From assembly GCA_034530875.2 (NCBI GenBank), contig JAVRCJ020000033.1, forward strand, positions 11,749-75,748: a stretch of 64,000 bases of DNA. The letters are read 5' to 3'. The stretch is from Nostoc sp. DedSLP01 (GTDB taxonomy: Bacteria; Cyanobacteriota; Cyanobacteriia; Cyanobacteriales; Nostocaceae). Positions 18,639 through 28,104 of the stretch are shown here, piece by piece. The notes below the pieces were generated by a model, which saw nothing but the letters and a program-made list of their open reading frames with translations, was not told where the DNA came from and did not search any database. The stretch's first letter is position 1; each line of letters starts with the position of its first letter. The translations under genes and the position numbers were made by a program.

Positions 18639-18875
18639 TCAAACCGGTTCCGGTATGGTTTGGGGAATTGTCCCTGGAACTGTTTGAGGAATAGGAGCAG
18701 GTACAGTTTCTGGTACAGGCCCTGGTATAGGCTGGGGAATGGGAGCTGGTACTGGTTCTGGCGCAGGTTCGGGAATTGTTGGCCCCGGCACAGGCTCAGG
18801 AGTGGGTATCGGGTTTGGTTGGGGACTGGGAATTTGTGGTTCGTCAGGTAAATAAATATTGGTGAAATTAATCAT
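18639..18875 (-). CDS. Small proline-rich repeat protein
   Basis: 78 aa with 4-residue periodic PEPV/PQPI/PAPI units; codons vary between units, which is consistent with protein-level selection. Confidence 0.55.
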   Translation of the reverse strand: MINFTNIYLPDEPQIPSPQPNPIPTPEPVPGPTIPEPAPEPVPAPIPQPIPGPVPETVPAPIPQTVPGTIPQTIPEPV

Positions 18876-19094
18876 GGTGGGTCTAAATTTAGATTATTCA
18901 ACCTCCCCAACCTAGATGACAACCCCAACCGCTGACATCTCCCCAAAAGACTATACCCACAAAACTTAGGAATTGGATATTGGGCATTGGGCAAAACCCT
19001 TCGGGTAGGGAAAAGGGAAAAGGTGAAAGGTTAAAGAGATTGTATGTAGGGTTTATTCCCTTTCCCCTTTAACCCTTGCCCCTTTCCCCTTGTC

Positions 19095-19334
19095 CTATTC
19101 TCCCCCTGCCCCCTTGCCCCTAACCTCTGGCACCGGATCGTAACCACCTGGATGAAACGGATGACAGCGACAAATCCTTAGGGTTGCCATCCAGCTACCA
19201 CGCAAGACTCCAAATCGTTCAATGGCTTGAATGGCATACATCGAACAAGTTGGTTGAAAACGGCAAGTCGGAGGAAACAACGGCGAGATAAACATTCGAT
19301 AACCGCGAATCAGCCAAATTAATAATAGTTTCAT
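19095..19334 (-). CDS. yidD: Membrane protein insertion efficiency factor
   Basis: [32 protein letters not shown]. Confidence 0.95.
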   Translation of the reverse strand: MKLLLIWLIRGYRMFISPLFPPTCRFQPTCSMYAIQAIERFGVLRGSWMATLRICRCHPFHPGGYDPVPEVRGKGAGGE

Positions 19335-19394
19335 TACAGTTACCTAAATCTTATAAATTAGTAATAGAGGTAAAATTTTCATCTTGTTGTATCT

Positions 19395-20120
19395 TTGTTG
19401 ATTACATTTTCTGACTTCACCTCAATTCCGGTTTTATGGCTACAAATTGCGTGGACAGAGCCAACCTTAGGCATCGCTGCAATTTGGGTGTTATTCATCC
19501 TTTTGATTGCATGGATGGTAAAACGCTTTGCTAAAGCCGAACCAGAAATCATCAGGAAGATAGTTCATATTGGCACTGGTAATGTGATTTTACTCGCTTG
19601 GTGGCTAGATATTCCCGCCAGCGTCGGCATTACAGCGTCGATTTTAGCAAGCACAGTTACTTTATTATCCTACCGTTTTCCCATTCTTCCTGGCATTAAT
19701 AGCGTAGGACGCCAAAGTTTAGGGACATTTTTTTACTCTTTGAGTATTGGTATTTTAATAGCCTGGTTCTGGTACTTACAAAAACCACAGTACGCAGTAT
19801 TAGGAATTTTAGTTATGACTTGGGGAGATGGACTAGCAGCCTTAATTGGGCAACGCTTTGGTAAACATAAGTATCAAGTCTTTGGGACACAAAAAAGTTG
19901 GGAAGGCTCCCTGACTATGATGTTTGTTAGCTATCTCATCAGCAATTTGATTTTAGTGGGAACTCAAGGAAATAGTTGGCAAGCTTGGACAATATCATTT
20001 GCAGTGGCATTTATCGCTACGGCTTTAGAGGCTGTTTCATTTTTAGGTATTGATAATTTAACAGTTCCTTTAGGCAGTGCAGCTTTTGCTTTCTTTTTAA
20101 GTCAGTTATTTCTCAGTTAG
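19395..20120 (+). CDS. Phytol/dolichol (polyprenol) kinase family
   Basis: RKIVHIGTG, WGDGLAALIG, KSWEGS, GIDNLTVP. Confidence 0.9.
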   Translation: MLITFSDFTSIPVLWLQIAWTEPTLGIAAIWVLFILLIAWMVKRFAKAEPEIIRKIVHIGTGNVILLAWWLDIPASVGITASILASTVTLLSYRFPILPGINSVGRQSLGTFFYSLSIGILIAWFWYLQKPQYAVLGILVMTWGDGLAALIGQRFGKHKYQVFGTQKSWEGSLTMMFVSYLISNLILVGTQGNSWQAWTISFAVAFIATALEAVSFLGIDNLTVPLGSAAFAFFLSQLFLS

Positions 20121-20355
20121 TAATTGCCTTGAGGCCGATTCTCACCAAAGTTGAAAAAGCAGCAAATATCAAGTTATTTTTGTCGATTAGTCTCGATCGT
20201 TTTTTTGAATCAAATCGAAAAATCTTACTAGCAGTTTTACATATTTATCTATTAAGGAGGATGAAGAAAATTGTCCTAGTTTCCACTCTATTAATAGAGG
20301 AAATTTTAGGTAGGTTCAAATATTTAGCCCTAACCCAACCTAAAGAATTAAAAAT

Positions 20356-21201
20356 ATGGCATTACGCGATCCAGTTCCTGAAAAAATTAAACAGCCAGTT
20401 AGAGAAGTAGCTTCTCATCTTTGGGTTGAACGATTAGCAAGATTAGGCTATGCAGCAAAAGGTTTAGTTTATTTTACCGTCGGCTTACTAGCAGCACAGG
20501 CAGCATTTGGTTCTGGTGGTAAAACTACAGATACTAGTGGTGCGCTAGAGACAATTGTCACCCAGCCTTTCGGTAAATTTCTCCTTTGTATCGTCACCCT
20601 TGGGCTGATTGGGTATGCACTTTGGCGTTTTATGCAAAGTATTCTCGACCCCGGACATTCCGGCCAACAAATGAATGCTAAACGAATTGTCAAGCGTCTG
20701 GGCTATGTTTTTAGTGCGATCGCTTACTTGAGTTTGGCTGTGACATCTATAAAACTAATTGTTGGTTCAAGTCGTAGCCATAGCGATTCAGTCGAAGATT
20801 GGACAATATATTTTCTCAGCAAACCTTTTGGCAGATGGTTAGTATTGCTTTTAGGTTTGACAGTCATTGGTGTGGGAATTTCTTTCCTTTATCAAGCATA
20901 CAAAGGTAAATTTCGTCGCCATTTTAAACTTTATCAAATGACTCAGACTGAGCAAATGTGGGCGATGCGTCTGGGTAGATTTGGGATTGCTGCCCGTGGT
21001 ATTGTTTTTAGTATCATTGGCATTTTTTTGATGGTGGCAGCAATTCAATTGGATGGCACTCAAGCTAGGGGATTAGGTGGTGCCTTGGCATCTCTAGCAC
21101 AGCAACCTTTTGGCCCTTGGGTTCTAGGTGTAGTCGCTTTGGGTTTGATTGCTTACGGTATTTATTCTGTGATTGAGGCTCGCTATCGAGATATTACCTG
21201 A
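20356..21201 (+). CDS. DUF1206 membrane protein
   Basis: Repeated LARLGYAAKG / QPFG..LL units. Confidence 0.85.
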   Translation: MALRDPVPEKIKQPVREVASHLWVERLARLGYAAKGLVYFTVGLLAAQAAFGSGGKTTDTSGALETIVTQPFGKFLLCIVTLGLIGYALWRFMQSILDPGHSGQQMNAKRIVKRLGYVFSAIAYLSLAVTSIKLIVGSSRSHSDSVEDWTIYFLSKPFGRWLVLLLGLTVIGVGISFLYQAYKGKFRRHFKLYQMTQTEQMWAMRLGRFGIAARGIVFSIIGIFLMVAAIQLDGTQARGLGGALASLAQQPFGPWVLGVVALGLIAYGIYSVIEARYRDIT

Positions 21202-21349
21202 AACAGCAAGAAGGCTCTTAAGGTAGAATTACCCTAAGAGCAAGAAAGACGCTTTTGGGCATTTGCTGTCAGTGCAATCGGTTATGCGATTCTTTTATTG
21301 GCTCTTTAATTAATACTCAAAGTGTGGATATCGGTTTTTAGAGTACTGC

Positions 21350-22255
21350 TTAATAAGCACTATAGTGCGATTTAATCCAATCATATAAAATCGGATTCAC
21401 TAACTCTGGCGCTTCATCTTGCGGGCAATGCCCCACTTTTTCTAGAGAAATAAACTTTTCTACTCGGGCAAAGTTAGCTAATTCTCTACCTAATTCAATA
21501 GGTTCCCACGGGTCGGCTGCTCCCCACAAGATAATTGCGGGACAGGATAACAGCGGTAAAAGGTCTTCTGGTAGCGGCCCTGTGGAATAAGAAGTAAATG
21601 CAAGAAACACAGCCACAGCACCAGGATCGCTGGCTGGGGCGGTCAGAATATCTACCAATTCATCTGTGACTACTTCTGCATTAGCATAAGCTTGGAGTAG
21701 AATTTTCCGGACTGTTTTCGGTTTGGCAACTTGATTGAAAAAGAATTTGCCAACTGGTTTAATTGATAACATCCTTTGCAGTAAAGGCGCTCCTGCACGA
21801 CGAATCCAAGGTAAAGTTGCCCGTTTGCGATCGTGCAATAAGCGTAGAGAACAGTTGAGCAAAGCAACTCCCAAGGCAATATCTGGCTGAATCACTGCTG
21901 CTTGCATAGCTACAATACAGCCGATGGAATTTCCAACTAAAAAAGCTGGCTCACCCACTACTTCGCGGCAAAAATCTGCTACTTGCTGTCCCCAAGTTTC
22001 TAAGGTGTAGGCGATTTTTTCTCCAGGTTCGGGTTTGGCTGAGGCACCAAAACCAATCAAATCAATAGCATAAACGCGGCAATTCTCTGCTAATACAGGA
22101 ATATTTTTGCGCCAGTGCCACCAAGAAGCCCCAAATCCATGCACCAGAACAACAGCTGGCCCAGTGGTTCCTTCGGTTTGATAGCAGATAGGAAAACCTT
22201 GCCAAATCCAGGTTTTTGTAGATGTAAGTGCTGTTTTTGAACTTGAGGTTGTCAT
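21350..22255 (-). CDS. Alpha/beta-fold hydrolase
   Basis: HGFGAS, DLIGFG, nucleophile elbow GNSIG, GHCPQDE; likely start ATG 22255. Confidence 0.9.
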   Translation of the reverse strand: MTTSSSKTALTSTKTWIWQGFPICYQTEGTTGPAVVLVHGFGASWWHWRKNIPVLAENCRVYAIDLIGFGASAKPEPGEKIAYTLETWGQQVADFCREVVGEPAFLVGNSIGCIVAMQAAVIQPDIALGVALLNCSLRLLHDRKRATLPWIRRAGAPLLQRMLSIKPVGKFFFNQVAKPKTVRKILLQAYANAEVVTDELVDILTAPASDPGAVAVFLAFTSYSTGPLPEDLLPLLSCPAIILWGAADPWEPIELGRELANFARVEKFISLEKVGHCPQDEAPELVNPILYDWIKSHYSAY

Positions 22256-22368
22256 AGGAAATTTGATAAACGCAACATTAGGATTTTCAGCAGCAAACTC
22301 AAGCAAAATTATTTTGATTTTGCTTAAAACTTAACAGATTTTCCAACTAAATCCTTTGTGGTGATAAT

Positions 22369-22707
22369 TTGGACAGCACAAAATCAAGCCGCTATTTCTC
22401 TTCCTCTGCTAAAAGCCCTACATTCTATACGGGGGCAATTGGTTACAACTTAGATTATCTCAGTATTAGGAACCGCGGCTTCTATCATCTGAATCAGATT
22501 TTCGGCATATTGGCACACATTTATACTGTAATGCTATTCTTGAGCTTTGATAACCATGCTATTTCTGATACCTCAGAGGTAGTAATATTGCCTGTTCCTT
22601 ACCAGGCAACATTATACAGTTCAGATACCTTTTTAAATGTCTTGAAATTAGGCATCAGTGCTAGATTCAGTAGTTTCACAATTTCCGATCGCCAAGTTGG
22701 TTCATAA
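22369..22707 (+). CDS. Hypothetical protein
   Basis: 112 aa ORF filling the intergenic space upstream of the thioredoxin-family gene; no motif recognised. Confidence 0.35.
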   Translation: MDSTKSSRYFSSSAKSPTFYTGAIGYNLDYLSIRNRGFYHLNQIFGILAHIYTVMLFLSFDNHAISDTSEVVILPVPYQATLYSSDTFLNVLKLGISARFSSFTISDRQVGS

Positions 22708-22811
22708 AATTGTTGAACATGAGGCATCGGCTAAGGGGTGGTTTGCAACTGGAAACTGACGCTGAATTTAACGATATTTTTTCTTGTTCCTAGTCTTGCG
22801 AGCCAGATAAA

Positions 22812-23354
22812 ATGAATATACTAGAAACAATTGATACTCCAATCGGTAGCTACGCACCAGATTTTGAACTTCCAGGAATTGATGGTCAAGTACACCATCT
22901 TAGCCGTTATCTTGAGAAGTTTCGTGCAGTCGGCGTCGTTTTTATCTGTAACCATTGTCCTTGTGTAGATTTGTATCTAGACAGACTCAAAAACATTCAA
23001 GCCGAATTTGCTCCCCAAGGATTTACCTTAATTGGTATGAATGGTAGTGACTCCAGCCCAAGCTTTGAAAATATGAAAGCTTTTGCCCAGCGTCATGAAT
23101 TGAACTTTCCTTACTTGTGGGATCCAACCCAAGATGTAACCCGCAGTTTTGGCGCTACAAAAACACCAATGGCATTTTTAATCGATAGTACGGGTGTAGT
23201 ACGCTACAAAGGTCAAATTGACGATTCCCCGCAAGACCCATCATCTGTGGAAAAGGATTATTTGAGAGATGCAATTATCAGCTTATTTGCTGGTCAGGAA
23301 ATAAACATACCACAAACAGAACCAATAGGTAGTATATTGATTTGGCGTAATTAG
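22812..23354 (+). CDS. Thioredoxin/AhpC-TSA (peroxiredoxin-like) family protein
   Basis: [30 protein letters not shown]. Confidence 0.9.
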   Translation: MNILETIDTPIGSYAPDFELPGIDGQVHHLSRYLEKFRAVGVVFICNHCPCVDLYLDRLKNIQAEFAPQGFTLIGMNGSDSSPSFENMKAFAQRHELNFPYLWDPTQDVTRSFGATKTPMAFLIDSTGVVRYKGQIDDSPQDPSSVEKDYLRDAIISLFAGQEINIPQTEPIGSILIWRN

Positions 23355-23425
23355 ACATAGATAGTCCCTGTAACTGCTATCTTAAATTGGAGGCAATTGC
23401 AACTTTTTTGATAAAGCGTAATTTC

Positions 23426-24154
23426 ATGGGAACGAATTACCGACGGGTTTTACTCAAACTGAGCGGTGAAGCTTTAATGGGCAACATGGGCTACGGGATC
23501 GATCCAGAAGTGGTGAAAGAAATAGCCCAGGAAATAGCAGAGGTAGTAGCCACTGGGGCTCAAATCGCCATCGTTGTTGGCGGCGGCAATATTTTTCGTG
23601 GCGTCAAAGCAGCATCGGCGGGGATGGACAGGGCAACCGCTGACTATGTAGGAATGATTGCCACGGTAATGAATGCCATGACGTTGCAAGATTCACTGGA
23701 GCGAATAGGAGTGCAAACGCGGGTGCAAACCGCGATCGCTATGCAAGAATTAGCGGAACCGTATATTCGTCGTCGTGCCATCCGTCATCTTGAAAAAGGG
23801 CGGGTGGTAATTTTTGGCGCTGGTTCTGGAAATCCCTTTTTTACCACAGACACGACTGCGGCATTAAGAGCCGCAGAAATTGAAGCCGAAGTGATTTTTA
23901 AAGCCACCAAGGTAGACGGAATATACGATGCCGACCCTCATATTCATCCTAATGCCAGGCGTTATAAGACCCTCACCTACGCCCACGTTTTGGCTCATGA
24001 TTTGCGAGTAATGGATAGTACTGCGATTGCCTTGTGTAAAGAAAATAATATCCCAATTTTGGTATTTGACCTAACGGTGCGAGGTAACATCCACCGGGCA
24101 GTCATGGGAGAAACCATCGGCACCCTTGTGGGAGGTTCTTGTGACATTAGCTGA
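23426..24154 (+). CDS. pyrH: UMP kinase
   Basis: [27 protein letters not shown]; likely start ATG 23426. Confidence 0.98.
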   Translation: MGTNYRRVLLKLSGEALMGNMGYGIDPEVVKEIAQEIAEVVATGAQIAIVVGGGNIFRGVKAASAGMDRATADYVGMIATVMNAMTLQDSLERIGVQTRVQTAIAMQELAEPYIRRRAIRHLEKGRVVIFGAGSGNPFFTTDTTAALRAAEIEAEVIFKATKVDGIYDADPHIHPNARRYKTLTYAHVLAHDLRVMDSTAIALCKENNIPILVFDLTVRGNIHRAVMGETIGTLVGGSCDIS

Positions 24155-24689
24155 CGCGAAAAGTAAAATGCAAAGTTCTGTTGAGTCAACTCAACGAGCT
24201 TTTAACACGATTCGCACTGGTCGCGCCAATGCGAGTTTACTAGATAAAGTCTTGGTGGACTACTACGGTTCGCCTACACCGCTAAAATCGGTGGCAAATA
24301 TTAGCACGCCAGATGCTTCGACAATTCTGATTCAACCTTACGAGCGCAACACTTTAAACATCGTTGAGAAAGCAATTTCTCTTTCCGATGTGGGTTTAAC
24401 CCCTAGCAACGATGGTAGTGTAATTCGGCTGAATATTCCGCCTTTGACAAGCGATCGCCGTAAAGAATTAGTCAAAATGGCTGCTAAATATGCTGAAGAA
24501 GGTCGGGTGGCTATTCGCAACATCCGCCGCGATGCCATAGACGCGATTCGCAAACAGGAGAAAGCCTCTGAAATCTCCAAAGATGAATCAAAAGACCAAC
24601 AAGACGACTTGCAAAAGCTGACAAATGAGTATATCGGCAAGATAGACGCATTGTTAGCAGAAAAAGAAAAAGACATCACGACTGTTTAA
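24141..24689 (+). CDS. frr: Ribosome recycling factor
   Basis: [28 protein letters not shown] 24141 after GGAGG. Confidence 0.97.
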   Translation: MTLADAKSKMQSSVESTQRAFNTIRTGRANASLLDKVLVDYYGSPTPLKSVANISTPDASTILIQPYERNTLNIVEKAISLSDVGLTPSNDGSVIRLNIPPLTSDRRKELVKMAAKYAEEGRVAIRNIRRDAIDAIRKQEKASEISKDESKDQQDDLQKLTNEYIGKIDALLAEKEKDITTV

Positions 24690-24751
24690 AGTCTCAAGTC
24701 TAAACCGTAAAGGCTGAAGAATTTAACCCATTCTTCAGCCTTTGTCTGACA

Positions 24752-24900
24752 GTAGGTTGGGTTGAACAAAGTGAAACCCAACATTCATAAGTATTTACTC
24801 GGTTTGATGATAATTCAATATCATTTAGTATTGCATTTTAATCTAAAAGTTGGGTTGCGCTTCTCTACGAGACGCTACGCGAACGCTTAATCCAACCTAC
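24752..24900. repeat. REP doublet (REPIN) upstream of RAYT
   Basis: GTAGGTTGGGTTGAACAAAGTGAAACCCAACAT (24752-24784) and an inverted partner ending CCAACCTAC (24849-24900). Confidence 0.85.
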
Positions 24901-24928
24901 GTCAATCAAAATCATAAAATTAAAACAA

Positions 24929-25468
24929 ATGCAATATCGCCGAGCAATAACTCAAGGTGGTACTTACTTTTTTACGCTCGTTACATATAAGAGACAAAAA
25001 TTATTCTGCTTACCGAAAAACATCTCTTTATTGAGAAATGCTTTTCGGTATGTCATGGAACAATATCCCTTTATAATTGATGCCTTTGTTTTATTACCCG
25101 ACCATCTGCATTGTATTTGGACGTTACCAGCAGAAGATTGCAATTTTTCTACCCGTTGGCGTTTGATTAAAAGTTATTTTAGTCGCCAATATGATACTTC
25201 ACAGGAAAACCTATTTACCTGTAGGCAAAATAAAAAAGAGCAGGCTATTTGGCAGCGTCGTTTTTGGGAACACTTGATTAGAGATGAGGTAGATTTTAAA
25301 AATCACGTTGAATATATTCATTACAATCCAGTCAAACATGGCTTAGTGAAAACTCCTAAAGACTGGGAATATTCCAGCTTTCATCGTTCTGTTCGTCAGG
25401 GTAAGTACGATATTATGTCGGGTGTTGAACAAGAATTTGTATTTGATTCCAATATCGGCAAAGAGTAA
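24929..25468 (+). mobile_element. REP-associated tyrosine (HUH/Y1) transposase, RAYT
   Basis: GGTYFFTLVT, HUH motif LPDHLHCIW, WQRRFWEH, catalytic region YIHYNPVKHG, WEYSS; flanked by REP doublets. Confidence 0.92.
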
Positions 25469-25499
25469 ATTTTATTGCTAAATTTTGTACCTAAATTTT

Positions 25500-25585
25500 G
25501 TAGGTTGGGTTGAACGAAGTGAAACCCAACATTAATTGCGTATTGTTACGGGTAATGTTGGGTTTCGTTCCTCAACCCAACCTAC
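25500..25585. repeat. REP doublet (REPIN) downstream of RAYT
   Basis: GTAGGTTGGGTTGAACGAAGTGAAACCCAACATT ... AATGTTGGGTTTCGTTCCTCAACCCAACCTAC. Confidence 0.88.
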
Positions 25586-25616
25586 AATTTACTACAATTT
25601 ACTAAGCTAAGGTGAA

Positions 25617-26033
25617 TTAGTCAAGGTCAAGAAAGTCTCTGGGAGTAATAATCTGGTTTTCATATTCGGCTAGAGTCTTGAGCGATAAAAGGTCTCGATC
25701 TCCTGTAATTAAAAACTCGGCGTTGGAGTCTTGAGCAAGTTCTAAAAATTTGTTGTCGTCTGGGTCTCTACAGATGTTTATTTGAGATTTTATTTGTATA
25801 AATTGACTGTATTTTTTAACTGCATCTAATAAATATTGTCGGTCTTCATCTGAGATATATTTATCGAACTTACGTTTATAGATTCGGATGCTTAATTCTT
25901 GATAAGTCTCTTCGCTTTGAGCAAGTTTGAAATCTTTATAGGCTTTATCTAGGGCTTTACGGGCTGTTCCATTAGGACTCAGGGCAGCACTAAGTAAAAC
26001 ATTTGTGTCAATAACAATTAGTCTATGATTCAT
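25617..26033 (-). CDS. PIN-domain (VapC-like) toxin
   Basis: VIDTNVLLSA, CRDPDDNKFLELA, LITGDRDLL. Confidence 0.9.
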   Translation of the reverse strand: MNHRLIVIDTNVLLSAALSPNGTARKALDKAYKDFKLAQSEETYQELSIRIYKRKFDKYISDEDRQYLLDAVKKYSQFIQIKSQINICRDPDDNKFLELAQDSNAEFLITGDRDLLSLKTLAEYENQIITPRDFLDLD

Positions 26034-26250
26034 CGGCGAGTAATTCTTCTAGAGTTTCTTCGCTTAGTCCTTTAGCTTGAGCATTTCTGCCGATTCTATC
26101 AAAAACACTAAGTAAATCTTCATCTTGATTTTTTGGAGATGTTTTCTTGATTTCTTGAATAAGTTGTTCTTGTTCTTGTGCGGGAAGTTGTAGGACAAGA
26201 TTAAGAATTTGCTCGAAGGTTAGGGGGAGTTGATAGGTTTTTTGAGTCAT
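26023..26250 (-). CDS. Putative cognate antitoxin
   Basis: 75 aa ORF overlapping the PIN start; LTFEQILNLVLQLP and GLSEETLEELLADES. Confidence 0.75.
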   Translation of the reverse strand: MTQKTYQLPLTFEQILNLVLQLPAQEQEQLIQEIKKTSPKNQDEDLLSVFDRIGRNAQAKGLSEETLEELLADES

Positions 26251-26293
26251 GGTGAGTTCTAGAGTTAGAGAATAGAAACTTGTTAGCTCTTAC

Positions 26294-26352
26294 TATAGCG
26301 GTTCCCAATCAAATCCAATCAAATGAAGTAGAGAAAATTGTAGGGGCGCAAA
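26294..26352. mobile_element. Half MITE (TATAGCGGTTCCCAATCAAAT end) plus half GTAG-REP
   Basis: The terminus resembles the 63735 element, and GTAGGGGCGCAAA is identical to the left arm of the REP at 31609. Confidence 0.55.
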
Positions 26353-26723
26353 CGTTCGGTGACAAAGTTAATGGGAATCGCTGTTTCTTCGATGTCTGCT
26401 GGATTGCCATCCAAGGGCATGAGATAATCGCGTTCAGCGTGACGCATCCCGTGTCCGCTAAAGAAGAACCAAAAGTTATCGCCTGCACCCATGAAGGGTT
26501 GATTAAATAATTCTAAGAAGACTCGGCGCAAATTTGCACGGGTGGGACGAGTCGATCTTCCCCCAATTTCAGGAGAGTCATCGGTGAAGAAAAATATCCT
26601 CTCAAACGCGGCTTCACTGCGAAGAAACTCCTGCATTAACTGTGCATCCCGCTTGGCATAGTTTAGCGGTTGCAGATAATCATACTGGTTAATGCCGATC
26701 GCGATCGCCTTTCTTATTCTCAC
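26319..26723 (-). pseudogene. Truncated caspase/metacaspase (peptidase C14) domain gene
   Basis: AIAIGINQY..LNYAKRDA, FFFSGHG (catalytic His), YLMPLD. It ends before the DACR-type Cys motif, and the tail PYNFLYFI is repeat-derived. Confidence 0.8.
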
Positions 26724-26904
26724 TTTAAAGTAAAATTTTATATATATTAATACTTAAGTAAAAAATAATTTAGAAGCATAGTTGAGAACATAAGGCTACT
26801 CCATAACCCAGACACCAAAATACTTTCTTTACCCATTCCCCATTCCCTATAGGTATTGGTAGACGCGTTAGCTTAAACTAATTGAGAAGCAAAATTTCAG
26901 CAAT

Positions 26905-28017
26905 ATGTACGATTGCATCATTGTCGGTGCTGGGCCAGCTGGTGGAACGGCTGCATATCATTTAGCGAAGCAGGGGCGTTCAGTATTAGTTTTAGAAAAA
27001 GAATCCCTGCCAAGATATAAACCTTGTGGTGGTGGTGTATCTCCAGCGATCGCTCAATGGTTTGACTTTGATTTTAGCCCAGCGATTTCTTTAAAAGCAG
27101 ACTCGCTGCGCTTTACCTGGAAACTAGGCGACCCCGTGGAAACAAAAATCGCCACCAAAGAACCAGTTTGGATGGTGCGGCGGGATGTTTTCGATCATTT
27201 TTTAGTCCAGCAAGCCCAGAAACAAGGAGCTAAACTCCAAGATAATACTGAAGTAACTGGTATCGAATTTCAAAGCGATTATTGGCAAGTTAATACAGCC
27301 AACGAGCCAGTTACAGGTCGGTATTTAATCGCAGCCGATGGTGCAAAAGGCTCGATGGCGAAATGGCTGGGTTTTAAAGAACGCAAACGTCTCTTAACAG
27401 GAGCTTTGGAGGCAGAAGTTCCTGGTATTGCAGATAACAACCCTACAATTTATTTTGATTTTGGATTGGCTAAAAACGGCTATCTGTGGAACTTTCCGAA
27501 AGCTGATGGTTATTCAATAGGTGTGGGGACGTTTATCGGTCGTCAACCGCAGAACTTCAAAAAGATTTTGGACGAGTACGCTAAATCCTTAAATGTAGAC
27601 CTGACAGCCACCAAGCAATACGGTCATCCCCTTTGTATTTGGGATGGTACTCAAAAGCTGCATACTCAAAATGCCGTTTTGGCTGGGGAAGCTGCTTGTA
27701 TAGTCGATCCGATGACAGCAGAAGGGATTCGCCCTTCCATTTTTAGCGGTTTGCTTGCAGCCGCAACCATTAATGAAGCACTTGCTGGAGACATTAACGC
27801 TTTAGAAAAATATAGCGAAGCCATTAACGAAGAATGGGGTACTGAAATGGCTTGGGCACAAAAATTAGCCAAAGCATTCTATCTATTTTCCAACATTAGC
27901 TACAAAGTTGGAATTAAGCACCCCTCTGCTCCTCAAGTCATGGGTAAAATTATGTGCGGCGAACTCCGCTATGGCGATATTGCTACTCGTGCCCTGAAGA
28001 AATTATCCTGGGTTTAG
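26905..28017 (+). CDS. Geranylgeranyl reductase family FAD oxidoreductase
   Basis: IVGAGPAGG, RYKPCGGG, AADGA, GYLWNFPK, DPMTAEGI. Confidence 0.9.
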   Translation: MYDCIIVGAGPAGGTAAYHLAKQGRSVLVLEKESLPRYKPCGGGVSPAIAQWFDFDFSPAISLKADSLRFTWKLGDPVETKIATKEPVWMVRRDVFDHFLVQQAQKQGAKLQDNTEVTGIEFQSDYWQVNTANEPVTGRYLIAADGAKGSMAKWLGFKERKRLLTGALEAEVPGIADNNPTIYFDFGLAKNGYLWNFPKADGYSIGVGTFIGRQPQNFKKILDEYAKSLNVDLTATKQYGHPLCIWDGTQKLHTQNAVLAGEAACIVDPMTAEGIRPSIFSGLLAAATINEALAGDINALEKYSEAINEEWGTEMAWAQKLAKAFYLFSNISYKVGIKHPSAPQVMGKIMCGELRYGDIATRALKKLSWV

Positions 28018-28034
28018 CAATTGAGAGTGCTGAG

Positions 28035-28061
28035 GAGAGACGCGATGAATCGCGTCTGTAC
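28035..28061. repeat. REP palindrome
   Basis: AGACGCGAT-GA-ATCGCGTCT; related copies near 45068 and 59934. Confidence 0.65.
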
Positions 28062-28104
28062 AAGACTTACGAGTTATTCTTCCCCAGTCACCAGTCACCA
28101 GTCC

